Source: a virus (taxonomy: Duplodnaviria > Heunggongvirae > Uroviricota > Caudoviricetes). Taken from it: a stretch of DNA of 8,969 nucleotides. The notes under the pieces are model-generated. The model worked only from the letters and a program-made list of their open reading frames with translations, had not been told where the DNA came from and searched no databases. Of the stretch, positions 6,517-8,969 are shown piece by piece. Made by a program: the position numbers and the translations under genes. Each line of letters starts with the position of its first letter. Positions within the stretch are counted from its first letter, which is position 1. The DNA lies in IMG/VR virus record IMGVR_UViG_2681813269_000011; one strand, given 5' to 3'.

Positions 6517-8969
6517 AATGGTGGGGGCCGTCAGGCGTTTCAGGAACACGTCGTTCATGAATATCTGATCGCCCTGACCAACAAACATCGGTTTTGTGTT
6601 GCCATTCGCAGGATTAACCATCGCAATCCTGTCCGCCGCCAGCAGCACCTGACTCTGCATGCCGTCAGGGGTGTTCTCAATACCGGCACCAATACCCGCG
6701 ATATAAAGGCGTCCGTCCTGCATCTGCTGCAGCTTCACAGCCCACATGCTGTTCAGGTTATTATTTGTATCAACCTGAACCTTCTGTATCTGCTGAATTG
6801 CCGCACTCTGGTCTTCCAGTTTCTTATTGACGGTCTGCGTGATTTCATTGCTGACATCCGTAATGGACGTCCTGATTTCAGCCAGGTCAGGCGCAAGCTG
6901 ACCGTTATCAATCTGCGTCCACAGCTCCTGAGCCAGATGGGTTTTCCCTATCTCGCCTTTGAAAAAATCCAGATAGCCGGATGCATCATCACTCGGCTGA
7001 CCAACAGCCTCCACGAATGCCGATTTGCCAACGGTGTTCACACTGCGAACGTAAAAATAATAATCATGGCCCGGTTTGATATTGATACTGGCGGCTATCC
7101 AGTACAGCGCCGTGCCAAGATAGCGGGCTGTGGTTTCAACCTGCCTGATATCGGTAATCCGCTTTTCCGAGAACCAGAACTCAAACTGTACCGTCGGGTC
7201 ATAAACGGCAAGATGCGGCGTGGCGGTTATCTGAAAATAGCCCGGCGTCAGCTCAATCCGCGACGGCACTGCAGGTGCGGCAATCCGGAACGATACCGAT
7301 GCCGGATCGCCCTGCTGCCCCCACGCATTTACCGCCCGGACTGTCAGCCTGTAGTTCCCCAGCGCCAGCTGCCTGAAGCGGTATGCGGTTTCCGCCGTCC
7401 GGGCCGTGCTGACCAGCCGCTCACTGCCGTCATCCGCTGCCACGGTCAGGCGAAGCAGGAAACTCACGCCCTTCACCACCTTCGGCGTGTCCCAGCGGGC
7501 CAGTACCTGATACTCCCCGCTGTCTGCGGTGACTTCGGCAGTCAGGTGCTGTACCGCTGGCGGCGTGACACCATTCACCGTGCCGCTCTGGTCGCCGTCA
7601 AAGTGCGCCCCGTTATCCACGATGGCTTCTTTTCCCGGTACATGCTGCACGGCAGTGATGGCATACGTGCCGTCATCGTTCTCACGGATACTCACGCAGC
7701 GGAACAGGCGCTGGCGCAACGTCGGCAACTTCAGCCCCCACACGCTGTATTCTGCAACGCCGTCAGGAACACGGCTCACTTTTACCTTCACGCCGTCGGT
7801 GACGGACTGGACCTCCACGCTGACCGGATTGCCACTTCCGTCAACCAGGCTTATCAGCGTGGTACCGGAGGATGGCAGCGTGATTTCACGGTCGAGCGTC
7901 AGCGTCCGGGTCTGGCTGTTTACCGCCAGCACGCGCCCGCCGATGCGGATACCGGCATAGTCATCATCGCAGATTTCAATGACATCGCCCGGTACATGGC
8001 GAAGCCCTTCAGCACCCACGCTGAAGTCCACGGTCTGCGTTTCCAGCAGTTCTGTTTTAATCAGCCACAGCCCGGCGCGGTGTGCCTGCCCCCGGCTGGT
8101 ACAGCCAAAGGCATCCATCTTCGTGACGTTACGACCGTAACGGGCAATGGCCTGCGTGTCCTCCACAAGCTCTGTTGCCGTCTCCCAGCCGTTGTTCGGG
8201 TCAATCCAGTTCACCTCAACGGCATTATGGCGGTCCTTCAGGGCGCTGAAGCTGTAGCGGAATGGTGCGCCATCATCCGGCATCACCACATTACTGCGGT
8301 TATAGGTCCACACCTTATCCGACGGTCGGTCCTGCACGAACGTCAGCGTCTGCCCGTTCCATACCGGCATACAGCGCATCGCCGAGCAGAAATCACTGAG
8401 CACATCCCACGCCTTACGCTGTGTGGTCAGGTACGCATTACAGGTGATGCGCGGCTCCGTGCCGCCAAATCCGTCCGTCACTGACTGGTCGCAGTACTGG
8501 CCGATGACATACAGCGCCCATTTGTCCACATCTGCCGCACCAAGACGTTTCCCCATGCCGTAGCGCGGATGGGTCAGCATATCCCACAGACACCAGGCCA
8601 TGTTGTTGCTGTATGCCGGTTTAAACGTCCCGTCCCAGATACCGCTGTATTGCCGCGTCTGCGGGTTATAGTTCGACGGCACCTGCAGAATGCGCCCGCG
8701 AAGATGATAATTGCGACTCACCTGCTGGTTACCGAACTGCTCTGAATCCACCTGCACGCCGACCAGCGCCGTGTTCGGGTAGCACTGTTTCACATCGATG
8801 ATTTCGGTGTATGACGACCAGAGCGTTTTGTTCTGCAGCTGGTCTGTGGTGCTGTCCGGTGTCATCCTGCGCATCCGGATATTGAACGGTCGCGGCGGCA
8901 GGTTACCCACCACCACCGAGGCCAGATACTGCGAAGTGGTTTTGCCCTTAATGGTGATGTCTTTTTCCG
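6505..8969 (-). CDS. J: Tail-tip host-specificity protein J, copy C; 5' end beyond the right window edge, 3' end cut at the junction with the M remnant; about codons 150-969
   Basis: Open minus-strand frame from the window edge to the stop at 6505-6507; collinear with copy B at offset 5020 and intact through the region where B is broken (...[27 protein letters not shown]...). Ends ...[15 protein letters not shown] then AAC*, where lambda gpJ as recalled continues TSGGNPPAF. Confidence 0.9.
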   Translation of the reverse strand, partial: EKDITIKGKTTSQYLASVVVGNLPPRPFNIRMRRMTPDSTTDQLQNKTLWSSYTEIIDVKQCYPNTALVGVQVDSEQFGNQQVSRNYHLRGRILQVPSNYNPQTRQYSGIWDGTFKPAYSNNMAWCLWDMLTHPRYGMGKRLGAADVDKWALYVIGQYCDQSVTDGFGGTEPRITCNAYLTTQRKAWDVLSDFCSAMRCMPVWNGQTLTFVQDRPSDKVWTYNRSNVVMPDDGAPFRYSFSALKDRHNAVEVNWIDPNNGWETATELVEDTQAIARYGRNVTKMDAFGCTSRGQAHRAGLWLIKTELLETQTVDFSVGAEGLRHVPGDVIEICDDDYAGIRIGGRVLAVNSQTRTLTLDREITLPSSGTTLISLVDGSGNPVSVEVQSVTDGVKVKVSRVPDGVAEYSVWGLKLPTLRQRLFRCVSIRENDDGTYAITAVQHVPGKEAIVDNGAHFDGDQSGTVNGVTPPAVQHLTAEVTADSGEYQVLARWDTPKVVKGVSFLLRLTVAADDGSERLVSTARTAETAYRFRQLALGNYRLTVRAVNAWGQQGDPASVSFRIAAPAVPSRIELTPGYFQITATPHLAVYDPTVQFEFWFSEKRITDIRQVETTARYLGTALYWIAASINIKPGHDYYFYVRSVNTVGKSAFVEAVGQPSDDASGYLDFFKGEIGKTHLAQELWTQIDNGQLAPDLAEIRTSITDVSNEITQTVNKKLEDQSAAIQQIQKVQVDTNNNLNSMWAVKLQQMQDGRLYIAGIGAGIENTPDGMQSQVLLAADRIAMVNPANGNTKPMFVGQGDQIFMNDVFLKRLTAPTIAAC

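Larger units (their letters stand above)
1..8969 (-). mobile_element. Lambda-like phage/prophage tail-tip module (M remnant, L, K, I, J), rearranged, with three partial J copies
   Basis: Minus-strand ORFs translate to proteins matching lambda gpL, gpK, gpI and gpJ as I recall them, in lambda order L-K-I-J with lambda-like spacing (60-nt I-J gap, 1-nt M/L overlap, 5-nt L-K gap). No non-phage genes seen. Confidence 0.85.

Noticed and set aside
5761-8484. 907-aa plus-strand ORF, the longest in the window
   Set aside because: It is entirely antisense to L, the M remnant and J copy C, whose minus-strand products match known phage proteins. Its translation is low-complexity and Arg/His/Pro-rich, with no RBS context. 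Stop-free antisense frames are typical of high-GC coding DNA.
1-8969. Diversity-generating retroelement acting on J (template/variable repeat pair)
   Set aside because: No reverse transcriptase or accessory gene is present. Differences between J copies are spread across the gene and involve all four bases, not adenine-specific changes in a short C-terminal variable region.
1-8969. CRISPR array, tRNA, rRNA or small-RNA genes
   Set aside because: The only repeats are gene-length (0.7-1.7 kb) duplications of J. There are no short regular repeat-spacer units, no cloverleaf-compatible segments that I could find, and no non-coding gaps longer than the 60-nt I-J intergenic region.

Overview
The whole 8,969-bp window is lambda-like phage tail-tip DNA (equivalents of lambda M-L-K-I-J), with nearly all genes on the minus strand. 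It is not a simple collinear prophage segment. Intact-looking genes are L (5773-6471), K (5024-5767) and I (4455-5126). Around them are three non-identical partial copies of J, the tail-tip/host-specificity gene: copy A (1-1630, codons 1-543, runs off the left edge), copy B (2391-4394, authentic J for 610 codons then a junction) and copy C (6505-8969, about codons 150-969, runs off the right edge). Copy C is fused at about 6516/6517 to the last ~15 codons of M. Between copies A and B lies an inverted segment (1706-2574) carrying the I 3' end, the I-J intergenic region and J codons 1-200 on the plus strand, which creates a 675-bp inverted repeat (1031-1705 vs 1900-2574) around a 194-bp spacer. 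One breakpoint (2564-2574) sits exactly on an 11-bp inverted repeat that is native to J. I found no rRNA, tRNA, CRISPR array, integrase/transposase or non-phage cargo such as defence or toxin genes; essentially every base is accounted for by tail-module sequence. The noteworthy content is therefore structural (rearrangement, paralogy or possible assembly chimerism), not a new gene system. All homology statements rest on my recall of lambda protein sequences and on comparisons within the window; no database search or alignment program was run.
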